Shown in pieces: positions 18,732 to 30,436 of a DNA stretch of 64,000 nt. The notes beneath the pieces are model-generated. The model ran no database searches, was not told the DNA's origin, and saw only the letters and a program-made list of their open reading frames with translations. Every line of letters starts with the position of its first letter. Positions within the stretch are counted from its first letter, which is position 1. The position numbers and the translations under genes are program-made. Source of the stretch: Negativicutes bacterium (lineage in GTDB: Bacteria > Bacillota > Negativicutes > JAGPMH01); assembly GCA_018052945.1 (NCBI GenBank), contig JAGPMH010000002.1, positions 1,950 through 65,949 on the forward strand, read 5' to 3'.

Positions 18732-20042
18732 TTGGAGGTATTAACAATGGAAATTACAACTCAATCATTAGCAGTCGGATTAGATACAGTATGGGTATTA
18801 CTCTGTGCTGCCTTAGTATTTTTTATGGAAGCTGGTTTTGCCGCTTTGGAGGCAGGTTTAATTCATAGCCGTAATTCATTAAATATTATGATGAAAGTTC
18901 TTATGGATTGTACGGTTGGTCTTATTGGATTTTTTCTCTTTGGTTTTGCTCTAATGTATGGTGCCGACAAATTTGGGATGATTGGTACCAGCGGATTTTT
19001 TTTACAAGGTGATTTCAGTCATCTCGGTTTAAAAATACCAATTTATGCCTTTTGATTATTCCAAGCTGCTTTTGCCATCGCGATGGCAACAATAATTTCT
19101 GGAGCAGTAGCTGAACGCATGAAATTTTCTCCTTATTTAGTCTTTTCATTAATTGCTACGGTGTTTATCTACCCACTTGCCGGTCATTGGGTTTGGAGTC
19201 CTGATGGTTGGTTAAATAAAATAGGGATGTTAGATTTTGCGGGATCAGCAGTTGTACATTCCTTAGGCGGTTGGGGAGCTCTCGCTGCTGCTTTAGTACT
19301 TGGACCACGTAGTGGTAAATATAATCGTGATGGTTCTATGAATGTTATGCCCGGTCATAATCTGCCACTAGCAGCGTTAGGGGCTTTTATCTTATGGTTT
19401 GGTTGGTTTGGCTTTAATCCCGGAAGTACCTTGTCCGGTCTTGATTTAAATATTGCTCGTATTGCTATAAATACTAACTTAGCAGCAGCTGCCGGTGGTA
19501 CCGCGGCGGCCTTATTCACACTTTTCCGTTATGGCAAAGCCGATCCAAGTATGGGCATCAACGGATCTTTAGGTGGTCTTGTCGCTATTACCGCAGGGTG
19601 CGCTTATGTTGAGCCTATAAGTTCTTTAATTATTGGGGCTATTGCCGGTATGCTAATAGTAATTGCTGTACCATTTTTTGATCGTATGAAAGCAGATGAC
19701 CCTGTTGGTGCAATTGCAGTACATGGTGTTTGCGGTACCTTTGGAACACTTGCTGTTGGTATTTTCGCTGAAAAGGGCGGTTTCTTATATGGCGGTGGAT
19801 TCCACTTACTTAGCGTACAAGCCCTTGGAGTGTTAGCAATTTCACTATGGGGTTTCGCCACAACTTATGCTTTATTCTATGCAATGAAGAAAACTGTTGG
19901 TATTAGAGTAACTTTAGATGAAGAAACTGAAGGCTTAGATTTAGCTGAACATGGGATGGCTGCTTACAATGAAATGGAATACAATCCCTTTGCAACAGTT
20001 CAAAACCTTGGCGGTAAAATGACACCTAACAATTTTAAATAA
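18732..20042 (+). pseudogene. amt: Ammonium transporter Amt interrupted by an in-frame TGA (19053-19055)
   Basis: The two ORF-track pieces (18732..19055 and 19083..20042) are in the same frame. The translation ...LKIPIYAF*LFQAAFAIAMATIISGAVAERMKFS... runs straight through the conserved Amt signature region. Confidence 0.6.
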
Positions 20043-20075
20043 TTTTCAAATTAATAATTAAGCTATTACATCTTT

Positions 20076-20110
20076 GGCTGATAATAAAATTTTATTATCA
20101 GCCATTTTTT
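20076..20110 (+). terminator. Terminator after amt
   Basis: ggctgataataaaat / tttattatcagcc hairpin plus T-run. Confidence 0.5.
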
Positions 20111-20144
20111 ATATAAAAAAGTGCTTACTACAAGGTAAGCACTT
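20111..20144 (-). terminator. Terminator after the DUF3089 gene
   Basis: agtgcttac-tacaag-gtaagcact hairpin followed by a U-run on the minus strand. Confidence 0.5.
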
Positions 20145-20177
20145 CAGACAAAGCAACCGATAGTCTAGTAAACATAA

Positions 20178-21191
20178 TCAAGAAGCTTGTTTGAGCTTAT
20201 GACTTTCCATAAAGGCATCTATTCTTTGATTTACATTTTCTTTTAAATTTTGGTAGAAAAAAAGATAATCATACATATGAAAAACCCCTGGCTGAAAAAC
20301 ATCCAACACCGGCGGATAATCTATTGTATTAACATTAATTACTTTTAAAGTTCCCCGCTTCTTATCTAAATAAGCACCCGTAAAAGCAGGAACTGCTTTT
20401 ATAACTTTCCCGTCATAGTCGGTAAAAACAGCACCTTTATTTAAGGATTTATCAGCGTAAGTATCAGTAGTAGTCCAGTTTAGCGGATTTATCCCTAATG
20501 TCATATCCGGCACTAATAATGATGTTTTTATGTCCTCAGCTTCAGTGTTAAATGAAACAATAACGCCTATATCTCGTTCGCCCTGCGCCATTTTAAGTTG
20601 TGGATAATTCTTAACCTCTTTTGGCGTAACTCTCCAGCCGATAGCATATGCGGCAACTAAGCGGTCTTGTAGACTTTTATCATGGTACACATCTTTTAGC
20701 AATCGCAATACCATATCAGCACCTTGACTAAAACCGGCCAATACAATCGGCCTTCCTTGATTAAAATGCTCCAAGTAGTATAAAAACGCAGCCTTAACAT
20801 CTTGATAAGCTAAATCAAAGCATGGCGCCTCCGTTAGCGGAGCAACTTTATAAGCAAAAAGCGATACCTGTCGATAATAAGGGGCATAAAAATTTGCTTG
20901 TTGAGCATAAATGTCTTTTTCCATATTGATTGCCCCGATAAAATTACGACGTAAAGTGCTATCATCCAAATTCATGTTAAGCTGGTTCTCATTCCCCAAA
21001 CACACCGTTGGCGCAATGAAAAACACATCAACATCATAGGCAGATTTTTCAATCGGTGCATAAGCCCAATTGTTGCCATCTCCATAGTTTATATTTTTTT
21101 CCTTGGCATATCCCACAGTACCAAATAGGAGGCATACCAAGCATACCCCTAAAAATATTTTAATTTTTTTCATTAGCTCTCCCCTAAGCAA
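20178..21191 (-). CDS. Secreted alpha/beta-hydrolase-like protein (DUF3089 family)
   Basis: 337 aa. Signal peptide and a GFSQGA nucleophile-elbow (GxSxG) motif. Overall resemblance to the DUF3089 lipase-like family. Confidence 0.5.
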   Translation of the reverse strand: MLRGELMKKIKIFLGVCLVCLLFGTVGYAKEKNINYGDGNNWAYAPIEKSAYDVDVFFIAPTVCLGNENQLNMNLDDSTLRRNFIGAINMEKDIYAQQANFYAPYYRQVSLFAYKVAPLTEAPCFDLAYQDVKAAFLYYLEHFNQGRPIVLAGFSQGADMVLRLLKDVYHDKSLQDRLVAAYAIGWRVTPKEVKNYPQLKMAQGERDIGVIVSFNTEAEDIKTSLLVPDMTLGINPLNWTTTDTYADKSLNKGAVFTDYDGKVIKAVPAFTGAYLDKKRGTLKVINVNTIDYPPVLDVFQPGVFHMYDYLFFYQNLKENVNQRIDAFMESHKLKQAS

Positions 21192-21268
21192 AGCTTATAT
21201 ACTTTACCTCGCTTGCAGTACATCAATATACTTTAAAATGCTTCATAACCTATCCCGCATTTGTTTGC

Positions 21269-22165
21269 TTAACAATCTTCACCCAGCACTTTTACGCAAT
21301 TTTTCCCTGAATGCTTAGCAAAATAAAGACTCTGATCAGCCCGCTTAATAAGGTCAAGTACATTATCATCGCCTTCCTTCAGGCAACCGATTCCACAACT
21401 AACCGTTACAGCAATTACCGCTCCGCCAGCTGCCTCTAGGCAAATCTGTAAGGCCGCAATTTCGCTACGAATACGCTCCGCTATACCAATTGCTTCGTCT
21501 GTATCGCCATGAGGTGCAGCGATAATAAATTCCTCTCCACCATATCTCCCACAAATATCGCGCTCCCTAATACTGCCCTTGATGATTTTCGCAATCCTGC
21601 GCAAAACTTGATCACCGGCAATATGCCCATAAAGATCATTTACCTTCTTGAAATCATCAATATCCAGCATAATTACTGCCAGATTGCCCCCTTGCTGGTG
21701 GGCAAGTTTCCAGGCACTCTGTAGTAATTGGTCAAAATAATATCGATTAAAAATTTGACAGAGTCCATCAATTTGCGCCTGTTCTCTCAGCATAACCCCC
21801 TCAATCTTCTCGGTAACATCCATACAACTACCAATATATCCAACAAAATTTTTATCATCATCATACACGGGAACACCACGATCATTAATCCAGCGGTACT
21901 CGCCATCAAAGCGACGCAAACGGTATTCCATTTCAAACGACTCCCGCTTTGCAAAAGCATCCATATAAATTTTCATACATCGATTCAGATCATCAGCATG
22001 CACACCTTCAGTCCACCCATTGCCAAACTCCTGCTCTAGTGTTCTATTGGTAAATTTCAGCCAAGTTTGATTAAAATAATGACATTTACCATCTGTTCCT
22101 GCCCGCCATATCATATTGGGTGACGATTCAACAATAAGTTTATACTCCTTTAAATCCAGTTCCAT
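21269..22165 (-). CDS. PAS domain-containing diguanylate cyclase (GGDEF, GGEEF motif, RxxD I-site)
   Basis: 298 aa. N-terminal PAS-like region, C-terminal ...RERDICGRYGGEEFIIA.... Confidence 0.8.
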   Translation of the reverse strand: MELDLKEYKLIVESSPNMIWRAGTDGKCHYFNQTWLKFTNRTLEQEFGNGWTEGVHADDLNRCMKIYMDAFAKRESFEMEYRLRRFDGEYRWINDRGVPVYDDDKNFVGYIGSCMDVTEKIEGVMLREQAQIDGLCQIFNRYYFDQLLQSAWKLAHQQGGNLAVIMLDIDDFKKVNDLYGHIAGDQVLRRIAKIIKGSIRERDICGRYGGEEFIIAAPHGDTDEAIGIAERIRSEIAALQICLEAAGGAVIAVTVSCGIGCLKEGDDNVLDLIKRADQSLYFAKHSGKNCVKVLGEDC

Positions 22166-22395
22166 CGCTCCACCTCATTCCAAACTCTTGCACTGCCATT
22201 ACAGCAATATGATTTTGGTATAATATTCTCCATTTTAAATTAAAACCCTTTGTCCATTGTTATTTTATATTATACAAGATAATTATTTACAGGAACTGAA
22301 AAGCTTCGATGAAAAGTAGAAACTACACTCCAAACATACTCTCATTTATACCCAAATAAAATAGTGAAGTTGCCGAAAAACTTGAAGAAATAAAC

Positions 22396-23807
22396 GGCTC
22401 TATAATAAATGTTGTGGTCTTGATGAAAATCAAGGCTACAACATTTATTTTTTTTGCGCACTAAAAAACATGACAAATTCCTGATAAAATATTAATCGCC
22501 AAACTAATACTTTAAGGAGGGTTGTCATGTTTAAATTAGATTTTATCACATCTATTCTTCATTTACCAGAACGTAGTCTTCGCCTCATAAAGGATAATAC
22601 TTTTATTCTCACACTTCCTGTTGTTTTACACAAATGTCCTCATTGTAATAAACCTACTACCAGGATTCACAGTTATCGTAATCAACCAGTAAAATCTGTT
22701 TTTCTTTTTAAAACCAATTACTCACTTATTTACCGTAAACGTCGTTACTTTTGTAATCAATGTTTAAAGCCTTTTTCTGAATTAAATAATTTTATTTCTA
22801 GATACCAGCGTATGTCAAAAGCCACTATTACTTCTCTTGTTAATGAACATGGTTTTCTTTCTTCTTCAACCGACATCGCAAGACGCTTTAATATATCTAC
22901 TACTACAGTTCAACGTATATTCAAACATATTGTACCTGATTCAAATAAGCTTTCTTCTGCTATATCTATTGATGAATTTAAAGGTAATGCCGGCGCTAAG
23001 TTTCAAGTAGTTATTAATGATTTAGTAAATTACAATTGTCTAAATATTATTGAAGATCGTTCGCCAGATATTTTATATGCTAAAATTTTAGAGTATCCTT
23101 TGGCAGAACGTCTTAAAGTTCGTCATGTAAGTATTGATTTAAGTCCAGCTTTTAAAAAGATGGTGGAAGAATGTTTCCCTAATGCTAAAATTGCGGCAGA
23201 TAAATTTCATACAGTTCGCATGGCAAATGATGCACTAGATACTATTCGTAAAGAGTTACAAAATACTTTGCCAAAAGAGCAACGTAAATATTTCAAACGG
23301 TCTAAATACTTACTGCTAAGTCGTGAGAAAAATTTAAAAACTGATAATGATAGAACTGCTTTGCAGATAATGCTTAACTATTCGGACAAGCTTTCAGCTG
23401 CTTATGCATTAAAAGAAGCTTATTTTAATATTATGGACAGTAAAGATAGTAAAGAATTTACTGCATGCTTAAAACAATTTCAGCTAGCAGTAGAAAAGCA
23501 GGAATTAAAGCCATTTCAAAAATTACTAAAGACAACAATAAGATGGAAGAGTGAGATTATTCATGCAATAGCAACTGGATATAATAATGGTTTTACTGAA
23601 GGATGTAATACGACCATAAAAAACTTAAAACGTATTTGCTATAGTTTTAGAAGCTTTGTAAATTTCAAACGGCGAATTATATTTTTATTAAATAACCCTG
23701 ACCGTAAAAACCAACGAAAACATCGAGACTCTATAGGATTTTGTGCATGAAAAACCGGACAGAAAATATTTCTGTCCGGTATAGACCACAACATTTGACA
23801 AAGAGCC
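22396..23807 (+). mobile_element. ISL3-family insertion sequence (1412 bp)
   Basis: IRL ggctctataataaatgttgtggtc (22396-22419) and IRR gaccacaacatttgacaaagagcc (23784-23807) match at 19/24 positions. The GGCTCTTT-type ends are typical of ISL3. The element encloses the transposase gene. No target-site duplication is evident. Confidence 0.7.
22527..23750 (+). CDS. ISL3 family transposase
   Basis: 407 aa. N-terminal zinc-finger CPHCNKPTTRIHSY (zf-ISL3), central HTH, C-terminal DDE_Tnp_ISL3-like region. Confidence 0.8.
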   Translation: MFKLDFITSILHLPERSLRLIKDNTFILTLPVVLHKCPHCNKPTTRIHSYRNQPVKSVFLFKTNYSLIYRKRRYFCNQCLKPFSELNNFISRYQRMSKATITSLVNEHGFLSSSTDIARRFNISTTTVQRIFKHIVPDSNKLSSAISIDEFKGNAGAKFQVVINDLVNYNCLNIIEDRSPDILYAKILEYPLAERLKVRHVSIDLSPAFKKMVEECFPNAKIAADKFHTVRMANDALDTIRKELQNTLPKEQRKYFKRSKYLLLSREKNLKTDNDRTALQIMLNYSDKLSAAYALKEAYFNIMDSKDSKEFTACLKQFQLAVEKQELKPFQKLLKTTIRWKSEIIHAIATGYNNGFTEGCNTTIKNLKRICYSFRSFVNFKRRIIFLLNNPDRKNQRKHRDSIGFCA

Positions 23808-23852
23808 ATATTTTTGTAAAAAATAAGGGTACATATCTTAGATATGTACCCT
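23808..23852 (-). terminator. Terminator after glpK
   Basis: Perfect 13-bp stem aagggtacatatc / gatatgtaccctt followed by a U-run on the minus strand. Confidence 0.55.
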
Positions 23853-23886
23853 TATAATTATTTAATTTATAGCTAAACGATTTAGA

Positions 23887-25389
<1,503 letters not shown>

Positions 25390-25511
25390 TCAGCAACTCC
25401 TCAAAAATATTATTTTTTTAATTTTTATTTTTTAGTGGGGATATAGATATTATCTTTATCCCCACTTTAAAATACAGTTGAACTTTTTAATTGTAAGTTA
25501 TCGGTAACAGA

Positions 25512-26258
25512 TTAGAATAAACCTACTGCTTTACCAACAACGAATGCAAGAACTGCACCAACCATAGGACCAACTACAGGAACCATTGCATAACCCCAAT
25601 CGGAGCTACCTTTACCAGCGATAGGAAGGATAGCATGCGCAATACGAGGACCAAGGTCACGAGCTGGGTTTAAAGCATAACCAGTAGGACCACCTAAGCT
25701 TAAGCCTAGAGCCCAGATTAACATAGCTACTAAGTAAGGACCAAAACCTGCAGGGAATTTACCATTGTTAGCATGGAAGATTGCAAAAATCATAAGAATT
25801 AGCATTGCAGTTGCAATAATTTCACAAAGAAGGTTTGCACCAGTATTGCGAATTGCAGGACCAGTTGCGAATACTGCTAATTTTAAACCAGCATCTTCTG
25901 TAGCTTCCCAATGTGGTAAGTATACTAACCAACAAACGATCGCACCAACGATACCACCGCAAAGTTCAGCAATCATAGTCATAACTGCTTGGTTTGCACT
26001 ATAAACACCCATCATAGTTTTTGCTAAAGTAACAGCTGGGTTTAAGTCAGCTTGTGGAGCACCAGTAGCAATAGCTGTGAATACACCTAATAATACCGCA
26101 AAAGCCCATCCAGTAGTGATAACAATCCAACCACTGTTTTGACCTTTTGAATTTGTTAAAAGAACGTTAGCAACAACGCCACAACCGAAAATAAGTAATA
26201 CCGCAGTTCCTAAAAACTCGCCTAAAAGATTTTCGTACATTAAAAAACCCTCCATCAT
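25512..26258 (-). CDS. glpF: Glycerol uptake facilitator (aquaglyceroporin)
   Basis: 248 aa. Two NPA boxes (LNPAVTLAK, NPARDLGPR). Confidence 0.85.
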   Translation of the reverse strand: MMEGFLMYENLLGEFLGTAVLLIFGCGVVANVLLTNSKGQNSGWIVITTGWAFAVLLGVFTAIATGAPQADLNPAVTLAKTMMGVYSANQAVMTMIAELCGGIVGAIVCWLVYLPHWEATEDAGLKLAVFATGPAIRNTGANLLCEIIATAMLILMIFAIFHANNGKFPAGFGPYLVAMLIWALGLSLGGPTGYALNPARDLGPRIAHAILPIAGKGSSDWGYAMVPVVGPMVGAVLAFVVGKAVGLF

Positions 26259-26817
26259 AAATATAATTTTAAAATAATTCCTAACCTGAACTTCCCCGGC
26301 ACTGCCGTCACTTTATAACAGCTACTACCAACCCCTCTCAATGAATTTTGTAATATACGGCGTATTTACAGAGAAACCACCAAGAGATGCTTGATGGTCA
26401 AAAATTTAGCATTACTCTCTTTTAGTTCCGCCTATATATTAATTTAAAATTAAATCCTTAAACATTATACCATAAAATATATTTTTTAGCAAAAAAAACT
26501 TTTTTAGTATTTTTCTACTAATTATGGTTATAAAAAAACACCAAAGAGATTTTGATGCTACACTTACTATTAGTAGTAAGTTGTTTGGAATAATCTCTCT
26601 TTTATTACTCCCAAATCAATATCTCATTTTCTTGTTAATATACATATTCGACATCTTTTTTAAAATTCCTGCCGATATTTATATTTTTTTTTATAATTGC
26701 ATCATTTTTTAATTTGATGCAATTATAAAGTTCTTCATTATCTTTATGATTATATAATTAGACAAAAACTTTCAAAATCCTTCTTTTATTTGAATTATTT
26801 TTTTATTTTTTGTCTAA

Positions 26818-27399
26818 TTAACTCCAAAGCTCTTTTTTGCTGGTACTAACAGCATGAATACCGTTATCTAAGGCATGCTGTACATCTTCCATTGTATTCA
26901 TCAGCCCACCAGCTAATATCGGCAAACTTGTTTCACGATATAATTCGTCAATTATACTTTTTGGCACTGATGCCGGCAAAATTTCAACCGCATCCGGTTT
27001 GCAACTTCTCAATAAGTTAATTCCTGATTTCAAAGCCTCGGAATCCATTACAAAGAAACGTTGAATTACTATCATACCTTCTTCGCGGGCAAACTTAACT
27101 AATTGTGGTTTAGTGGTAATCGCGCCTGTTACACCCAATCGTGCCAAATAGCGAATTCCAGCTTTATCTTTACCAATACCGCCTAATAAGTCTAAATGTA
27201 CCAAAATACGCTTATTATGTTTTTGCGCTTCTTGAATAATAGATGGCAATACGATAATATCGCCAAACAATAATATAATACTGATTGATTTAGTATTATT
27301 AATGGCATATTTAAAATCATCAACAGTTCTAACAGCAGGGATTATTGCCCCTTCTTCAAAGATTTTATCACATATACTTTTTTGTACCATTTTACTCAC
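26818..27399 (-). CDS. glpP: Glycerol-3-phosphate responsive antiterminator GlpP
   Basis: 193 aa with GlpP-family (G3P_antiterm) length and composition. Positioned directly upstream of glpFK, as in Bacillus. Confidence 0.65.
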   Translation of the reverse strand: MSKMVQKSICDKIFEEGAIIPAVRTVDDFKYAINNTKSISIILLFGDIIVLPSIIQEAQKHNKRILVHLDLLGGIGKDKAGIRYLARLGVTGAITTKPQLVKFAREEGMIVIQRFFVMDSEALKSGINLLRSCKPDAVEILPASVPKSIIDELYRETSLPILAGGLMNTMEDVQHALDNGIHAVSTSKKELWS

Positions 27400-27653
27400 T
27401 CTCTTATTATAAATATTGACTAACTATAAACTTTCGTCAAAATAGTCTAATTTCCTTCATTTAGGTGTATTTATTTTTAACGAACTAATATTTTTCTGTT
27501 TTTTGTTTCAACACAAAACTATTTTATCATAAAACTACAAAATTCCAAACCATAAATTCAAAAATAAATAAAGATTTTATTAATGTTGGTTTTTATTTAC
27601 TAATCCTGTATAATATATCATTATCTTATTTATTTTGAGGAGGTACTATTTTT

Positions 27654-28886
27654 ATGGCTTTAATTAATGAAAACTATTTAAAACTACCTGGCAGTTATCT
27701 CTTTTCCGAGATTGCTCGTCGCGTTAACACTTTTAAAAACGAAAATCCAGACGCTGACATTATCAGATTAGGAATTGGTGATGTTACCAAACCTCTTCCT
27801 GAAGCATGTATTAAAGCAATGCATGAAGCAGTTGATGAAATGTCAAACCCTGCAACATTTCGTGGTTATGGTCCTGAGCAAGGCTATGAATTCTTAATTC
27901 AAAAAATCATTGAATGTGAGTATACTACCCGTAATGTTGATATTGCTATGGATGAAGTATTTGTTAGCGATGGTTCAAAAAGCGATGTTGGAAATATCCA
28001 AGAAATCTTCGGTACAGATAATATTGTAGCAATCACTGATCCGGTTTATCCTGTATATTTAGATACTAATGTTATGGCTGGCAGAACCGGAATTTTAAAA
28101 GACGGTGTTTTTGAAGGGGTTAAATACCTTCCTTGCAATGCTGAAAACAACTTTACCCCTGAGCTTCCTACTGAAAAAGTTGATCTTATTTATTTATGTT
28201 GTCCCAACAATCCCACTGGTACAACCTTATCAAAAGCTGAACTGAAAAAATGGGTTGATTATGCTAAGGCTAACTCTGCTATTATTTTATTTGACGCTGC
28301 TTATTCAGCTTATATCACTGAAGATGATGTTCCTCGTTCGATTTTTGAAATTGAAGGAGCTAAAGAGGTCGCGATTGAATTTAAATCATTTTCTAAAACT
28401 GCTGGTTTTACCGGTACGCGTTGCGCCTTTACTGTCATTCCTAAAACAGTTATGGGAAAAACTAAAAATGGTGAAAACATTCCATTAAATCAATTATGGA
28501 ATCGTCGTCACACTACTAAATTCAATGGAACTCCTTACATCATTCAAAAAGGTGCTTGTGCGGTTTATTCTCCAGAAGGTTTAGCACAAACTAAAGAAAT
28601 GATTAGTTATTATATGACAAATGCTAAAATAATCCGCGAAGGCTTAATCAGGGCCGGCATTACTGCTTTTGGTGGCGTAAATGCCCCTTACATTTGGCTC
28701 AAAACTCCTAACAATTTAGATTCATGGAGTTTCTTTGATAAATTATTACAAGAAGCTCATATTGTAGGAACTCCGGGAACAGGCTTCGGTCCAGCCGGTG
28801 AAGGTTATTTCCGTTTAACAGCCTTCGGCAATAGAGAAAACACTGAAAAAGCAATTGAACGAATTAAAACAAGATTATCATTATAA
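27654..28886 (+). CDS. dapL: LL-diaminopimelate aminotransferase (DapL pathway of lysine biosynthesis)
   Basis: 410 aa class-I aminotransferase. N-terminus [24 protein letters not shown] and the [15 protein letters not shown]-lysine region are characteristic of DapL. Confidence 0.85.
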   Translation: MALINENYLKLPGSYLFSEIARRVNTFKNENPDADIIRLGIGDVTKPLPEACIKAMHEAVDEMSNPATFRGYGPEQGYEFLIQKIIECEYTTRNVDIAMDEVFVSDGSKSDVGNIQEIFGTDNIVAITDPVYPVYLDTNVMAGRTGILKDGVFEGVKYLPCNAENNFTPELPTEKVDLIYLCCPNNPTGTTLSKAELKKWVDYAKANSAIILFDAAYSAYITEDDVPRSIFEIEGAKEVAIEFKSFSKTAGFTGTRCAFTVIPKTVMGKTKNGENIPLNQLWNRRHTTKFNGTPYIIQKGACAVYSPEGLAQTKEMISYYMTNAKIIREGLIRAGITAFGGVNAPYIWLKTPNNLDSWSFFDKLLQEAHIVGTPGTGFGPAGEGYFRLTAFGNRENTEKAIERIKTRLSL

Positions 28887-28892
28887 TAATAA

Positions 28893-28926
28893 AAACGTTG
28901 GCGTCTAATCACGCCAACGTTTTTTA
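28893..28926. terminator. Bidirectional terminator (dapL / fetB convergent)
   Basis: Perfect stem aaaacgttggcgt / acgccaacgtttt with flanking T-run. Confidence 0.6.
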
Positions 28927-29673
28927 TATGTTTTTTAGTTGAGCCTTATCCGTAAAGAAAACCCGATATGCCCAAAAGCTAGCGATAAACGCTGTTATAG
29001 TTACCGCTCCACTAAGCATAAACGCTACCATTACCTGATATTTTATGGCATTAGTCGGTTCAATCCCAGCTAAAATGAGTCCAGTCATCATTCCCGGCAA
29101 CTGCACAATTCCTAATGTTTTCATAGAATCTACCGTTGGTAGCATTGCGGTTTTTATACTATCACTAATAATAGGCTTTACCGCTTGATACGGACTAGCC
29201 CCTAAGCACAATTTAGTTTCAATTTCATCTTTAGAATTTTTAATACTGCTTTGTAAGTTTTTCAGTAGCAAACTCATTGCCACCATAGAGTTACCAACCA
29301 CCATTCCACTGACTGGTATAGCTTGGGCCGGTTGATAACTTATCGCCTGAACCAATAATAATATCCCCAAAGTGACTACAAGACCGCTTAAAATAGCGAC
29401 AAAAGAAATTATTTTCGCTTTTTTTAAACCACCACCTCGCTTCGCGGCTACCATCGTCGCATTATAAACCATACCAATTAAAATAACCGTCGTTAAAAAA
29501 TAATTATCAATTTCAAAAACATATTTCAACACTACCCCGATTAGCGATAATTGTATTACAGCCCTAACACTGCCAATCAATAAATCCTTTTCTAAGCCAA
29601 CCTTCCCTTTATAAGAAAGAATCATCGCAATTATTATTAAACTATAGGTCAGCACCAATGATAACTCGCTCAT
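28924..29673 (-). CDS. fetB: FetB/YbbM-family ABC transporter permease (putative iron export)
   Basis: 249 aa UPF0014-type permease. 4-nt overlap with the upstream ATPase gene. Confidence 0.65.
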   Translation of the reverse strand: MSELSLVLTYSLIIIAMILSYKGKVGLEKDLLIGSVRAVIQLSLIGVVLKYVFEIDNYFLTTVILIGMVYNATMVAAKRGGGLKKAKIISFVAILSGLVVTLGILLLVQAISYQPAQAIPVSGMVVGNSMVAMSLLLKNLQSSIKNSKDEIETKLCLGASPYQAVKPIISDSIKTAMLPTVDSMKTLGIVQLPGMMTGLILAGIEPTNAIKYQVMVAFMLSGAVTITAFIASFWAYRVFFTDKAQLKNI

Positions 29674-30371
29674 TTTATAATCCTTTCCTTAAAAAAGTTT
29701 GTCACTGTCGTAAACTCTTTTATAACGCCCTCTTCCATATAAATAACTTTTTGTGCCAATCTTTTCGCTTGTTCATTATTATGGCTGATAAAGATAACAG
29801 TCAGTTCATTGTTTTCATTTTCATATTTTATTAATTCTTCGATCAATAGCGTATTATCTTCGTCTAACGCTGATGTTACCTCGTCCAGCAAAATTATCTC
29901 CGGTTCTAACAATAATGTCCGCACTAGCGAAATTCGCTGTTGCTCGCCCCCAGATAATTCATTGGGCTTTTTTTCTAAAATATCTGGTTTTAAATTAACC
30001 TTTTTTAAGTAAAACTCCACCAAATTTATATCAAAAACTTTTTGGTGTAGTTCACAAGGATATTTCAAGTTCTCCATAACATCATTACCAAACAGCGTCG
30101 GTTTTTGTAAAACGTACCCAATTTTCTTACGCAAGGCCATCGGACTTATTTCTTGAATATCATTATTATGATATTTTATTTGCCCGCAACTTGGAGTATT
30201 AAGCATATTAATACTTTTTAGCAGTGACGACTTTCCTGAACCAGAAGGCCCAAGCAAAGCAATTATTTCTTTTTTTTGAACCGTAAAACTTATATCTTTG
30301 AGGATTTTCACAGTGCCAATTTCCAAGTTTAAATTTTCAATTTTTAATATTTCTTTATTATTTTTCATCAT
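29670..30371 (-). CDS. fetA: FetA/YbbL-family ABC transporter ATP-binding protein
   Basis: 233 aa. Walker A GPSGSGKSSLL, signature LSGGEQQR, Walker B LLDE. Confidence 0.7.
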   Translation of the reverse strand: MMKNNKEILKIENLNLEIGTVKILKDISFTVQKKEIIALLGPSGSGKSSLLKSINMLNTPSCGQIKYHNNDIQEISPMALRKKIGYVLQKPTLFGNDVMENLKYPCELHQKVFDINLVEFYLKKVNLKPDILEKKPNELSGGEQQRISLVRTLLLEPEIILLDEVTSALDEDNTLLIEELIKYENENNELTVIFISHNNEQAKRLAQKVIYMEEGVIKEFTTVTNFFKERIIK

Positions 30372-30436
30372 TACACCTGTTTACTTTATTTTCTTTATCA
30401 GTTATACTCACAATATTATTTTAGGAGGTTTTAATT

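Noticed and set aside
19053-19055. TGA in amt read as Trp (translation table 4) or selenocysteine
   Set aside because: TGA is a functional stop elsewhere in the window (for example the yolD-like ORF and several ORF-track genes). The neighbouring glnK stop is a TAA. No SECIS-like hairpin follows.
22388-23815. 8-bp target-site duplication flanking the ISL3 element
   Set aside because: Left flank aaataaac and right flank atattttt do not match, and shifting the IR boundaries by a few bases does not produce a repeat.
26524-26712. 62-aa ORF in the glpP-glpF intergenic region
   Set aside because: Extremely AT-rich and low-complexity (runs of I/F/L). No SD. Lies inside a region better explained as a structured leader or promoter.
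27400-27653. Lysine riboswitch upstream of dapL
   Set aside because: The AT-rich region contains a plausible sigma-A promoter (TGTATAAT at about 27615-27624), but no conserved L-box helices or G-rich junctions could be found. The leader after the -10 is only about 30 nt.
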